Assembly (NCBI GenBank): GCA_938003565.1
Contig: CALKYB010000300.1
Span: 1-27,209 of the forward strand
Source: an uncultured bacterium
GTDB taxonomy: Bacteria; Bdellovibrionota_C; UBA2361; SZUA-149; CALKYB01
Direction: 5' to 3'
DNA length: 27,209 nucleotides
Program-made: the position numbers and the translations under genes
The notes under the pieces: model-generated
Database searches by the model: none
The model's input: the letters and a program-made list of their open reading frames with translations, nothing else
What the model was told of the DNA's origin: nothing
Shown: one piece after another, positions 26,905 through 27,209 of the stretch
Layout: the number at the start of each line of letters is the position of its first letter
How positions within the stretch are numbered: position 1 is the stretch's first letter

Positions 26905-27162
26905 TATTACCTTTAACCGCTAATCTAAAAGTGAAGCAATGCTTTCTTCTTAAAAATGCTACCCAGAAGTAGAGCCAATTTACCATCTACTAGCATCATA
27001 ACTTGGGCACTAATGACCCAACTTTAACAATCAGTTGAGCCTTTTATCAATTTTGCCTAGTATAAGAATAGCAGGAAATATTAAACATACTCATCTAAGA
27101 TTGCGGCTCCGACTCTCAAAACCACCTTATGCAAATCCAACACTATCAAGAGAACTAATTAT

Positions 27163-27209
27163 ATGAACAACTCCATGCTAAATAACTCTTCGGTTCTCAT
27201 TACAGGAGG
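27163..27209 (+). CDS. 5' fragment of an NAD-dependent epimerase/dehydratase, probably PseB/FlaA1-like (truncated by window end)
   Basis: Reads MNNSMLNNSSVLITGG (alternative ATG 27175), which resembles PseB N-termini (MLNNKSILITGGTGSFG). Only 16 codons visible. Confidence 0.6.
   Translation, partial: MNNSMLNNSSVLITG

Noticed and set aside
26700-26960. CRISPR array or SRP/tRNA gene
   Set aside because: The units are inverted and degenerate, not regularly spaced direct repeats; no cas genes, tRNA arms or SRP core motif were seen.
17648-27109. 11-mer GATTGCGGCTC at 17648 and 27099
   Set aside because: Short, in unrelated contexts (one overlaps a stop codon), with no flanking similarity; compatible with chance.

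Overview
Gene-dense, AT-rich bacterial chromosomal window using the standard genetic code (table 11). No rRNA, tRNA, CRISPR array or transposase was seen. The gene set (SspB-like adaptor, PolX-PHP, Tad-like locus, sensor-less hybrid kinase) suggests a former-Deltaproteobacteria lineage such as Bdellovibrionota, SAR324 or Myxococcota; this is inference only. Contents in order: (1) a polX-nth-VOC DNA-repair operon and a TerC-family gene; (2) a minus-strand, strongly diverged Tad/Cpa-like cluster (SAF-only CpaB, TadA/CpaF with eroded Walker A and His box, TadB split by one in-frame TGA, TadC, PilH-like receiver, CpaE/TadZ) with no pilin, secretin or peptidase; (3) a GDPD / LtaS-like / GT87 envelope trio upstream of it on the same strand; (4) sspB-like and single-chain purL; (5) an unknown 3-TM protein divergent from a sensor-less hybrid kinase with a degenerate ATP lid, coupled to def and followed by fmt; (6) a second GT87, rpe, plsY and a small SH3/KOW-like ORF; (7) clpX without clpP, a palindromic mosaic repeat region, and the first codons of a PseB-like dehydratase. 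The best candidate for an undescribed system is the degenerate Tad-like module. A GAGCCA-N15-TGGCTC palindrome lies upstream of both that module and clpX.
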